Shown: in pieces, positions 17,172-18,581 of the stretch
Layout: each line of letters opens with the position of its first letter
Position numbering within the stretch: position 1 is the stretch's first letter
Notes under the pieces: model-generated
Seen by the model: only the letters and a program-made list of their open reading frames with translations
Database searches by the model: none
Told to the model about the DNA's origin: nothing
Position numbers and translations under genes: made by a program
Assembly: GCA_052168235.1 (NCBI GenBank)
Contig: JBQLZK010000096.1
Coordinates: 1-18,581 of the forward strand
Direction: 5' to 3'
Length of the DNA stretch: 18,581 nucleotides
DNA from: Thainema sp.
GTDB taxonomy: Bacteria > Cyanobacteriota > Cyanobacteriia > Phormidesmidales > Phormidesmidaceae

Positions 17172-17226
17172 GGTAGGAGGGTGATGGGTAGGAGGGTGAT
17201 GGGTAGATGGGTGAATGGGTAGGAGG
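17172..17226. repeat. 15/16-bp G-rich tandem repeat (STRR-like)
   Basis: ggtaggagggtgatg x2 exact (17172-17201), then ggtagatgggtgaatg and ggtaggagg. Confidence 0.8.
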
Positions 17227-17252
17227 ATTATAAGGGGGACAGTGCTATCTGA

Positions 17253-18257
17253 CTATTCTTCTATCAATAGCGATAGCGTGGCGTCAAAAATCGTCTGTGT
17301 TGTGGCTGTGAGGAAGGGGGGATCGATGGTTTCTATGGTGTCTGAGGATTGGTGATAGTGAGGGTTACGGAAATTGGCGGTGTCGGTGACGAGGGCGGCG
17401 GGAATGTCGTACTGCCAAAATGGGGCATGGTCGCTGCGCATCAGATCGGGTGGCAAAAATTCGCCGATGGGGACGGCTAATTTTTCAACTGGGGTACTGT
17501 CGGTTCGGTTTTGGAAGGAACTCATGAGTTCACTATGCTTCAATCCACCAATCACGGCAATGAAATCACCTTGACTGCGGCGACGCAGAATTTTGGGGAT
17601 GGCATCTGGATACTGCTGACAACCATCTATGTAACAGGCGTGGCCAATCATATCGAGTATAATTGCGGCTTCCAGTCCGGCCCGATTTTCAGGCTCAGCG
17701 ACATAGGCTTGGCTGCCCTGGAGTCCCAGTTCTTCGAGGTCGAAGAAGACTAGCTTGAGCTGGCGCGAGGCTTCCAGGTTCGGCATACTATTGAGCAGTT
17801 CGGCTATTTCCAAGGCGGCAACTAAGCCGCTGGCGTTGTCATCTACTCCAGGTGAACCGGCGACAGTATCGTAATGGGCACCAATTAAGATGCTGGGAGC
17901 ATTAGGGTCGGCGTTGGGTTGCGTGGCGACGAGATTGGTGCCAATATCGAATTCCTGAATTTCGGGCACCCAGCCAATCGCTTCGATGGTTTCGATCAGG
18001 TACTGCAGGGTGAAGTCGCGATCGGCTTTCGTGTAGCGCTCAAAAGCTAAATCTTGAAGTCGTCCCATAATCCGCTCTAAGTTTGCCTGTGGTCGGGACG
18101 GAGGCACAGTTTGAGCAAGGATTGAGGGTGAATTAAACTGCTGAGTCAACTGTTCTGTTTGTGATACGAATGCTTGCGGGATAAGCCGCTGCCGATTAAC
18201 AACCAGAATCAGCGTCGCAACTGCGATCGCAAGGATAATCCACTTCCATCGCCTCAT
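17253..18257 (-). CDS. M28 family Zn metallopeptidase with N-terminal signal/anchor
   Basis: IGAHYDT, PGVDDNASG, FDLEELGLQGS, LDMIG, RSDHAPFW and HYHQSSDT. Confidence 0.94.
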   Translation of the reverse strand: MRRWKWIILAIAVATLILVVNRQRLIPQAFVSQTEQLTQQFNSPSILAQTVPPSRPQANLERIMGRLQDLAFERYTKADRDFTLQYLIETIEAIGWVPEIQEFDIGTNLVATQPNADPNAPSILIGAHYDTVAGSPGVDDNASGLVAALEIAELLNSMPNLEASRQLKLVFFDLEELGLQGSQAYVAEPENRAGLEAAIILDMIGHACYIDGCQQYPDAIPKILRRRSQGDFIAVIGGLKHSELMSSFQNRTDSTPVEKLAVPIGEFLPPDLMRSDHAPFWQYDIPAALVTDTANFRNPHYHQSSDTIETIDPPFLTATTQTIFDATLSLLIEE

Positions 18258-18460
18258 AGGAGAGAAACTCCTGTAACCTGTAAGTACGCCTCACCATTGT
18301 AGAGAATCCAGTCGTGAGCGATGATGTTTCGGCGCAAACTCAAGCATAGAAATATAGTGCTACGTGCTTAGATCCAGGAAAGCCGTTGTTGAGAAGCTGT
18401 GATCGGCACGCTTCTCAACAATGACCTGTACTCAATTGATGATCTGAGGCTATAAAGCCT

Positions 18461-18509
18461 AAAAAGAGGGCAATTTCGCCGCTGCAAGCAACGGCGAAAT
18501 TGCCCTCTT
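18461..18509 (-). terminator. Intrinsic terminator-like hairpin for a minus-strand transcript
   Basis: Perfect 18-bp arms at 18464-18481 and 18492-18509. AAAAA at 18461-18465 reads as a U-tract on the minus strand. The terminated gene would lie beyond the window edge. Confidence 0.65.
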
Positions 18510-18581
18510 GGAGTTTTCGATACTTAAGGGTACTTCGAAAAATAGCCAAAGCGATCTCAATATGAGATCATAAGGTGGGAT

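Larger units (their letters stand above)
1309..18230. repeat. Dispersed HIP1 octamers (GCGATCGC) throughout the window
   Basis: Many exact copies, e.g. 1309, 1328, 1385, 6883, 7060, 7089, 7318, 7396, 7540, 7810, 8289 and 18223. HIP1 is an established signature of cyanobacterial genomes. Confidence 0.95.

Noticed and set aside
1..18581. tRNA, rRNA, transposase, integrase, reverse transcriptase or prophage genes
   Set aside because: No supporting sequence or protein motifs seen.

Overview
Chromosomal window from a cyanobacterium (abundant HIP1 octamer GCGATCGC, short tandem intergenic repeats, TxlA and NIL-ferredoxin genes). In order: a palindromic repeat element; a ~380-bp non-coding array with strict 21-bp periodicity and 63-bp/42-bp higher-order units (208-585) upstream of a small basic helical hypothetical protein (809-1189); a GTAG-type REP-like palindrome; recG; a stand-alone allophanate-hydrolase C-terminal/GGCT-like gene; a yjbQ-family gene; a five-gene yehQ/L/M/P-like cluster (SWIM, DUF5691-like, MoxR AAA+, DUF5682-like, VWA); a membrane protein and NIL/2x[4Fe-4S] ferredoxin divergent from txlA, with a long MITE-like palindrome between them; a stomatin/SPFH gene; a DUF2141-like gene; and an M28 peptidase. 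The best candidate for an undescribed system is the 21-bp-phased, partly dyad-symmetric array plus the adjacent 126-aa protein. Family names come from motif recognition only; no searches were run.
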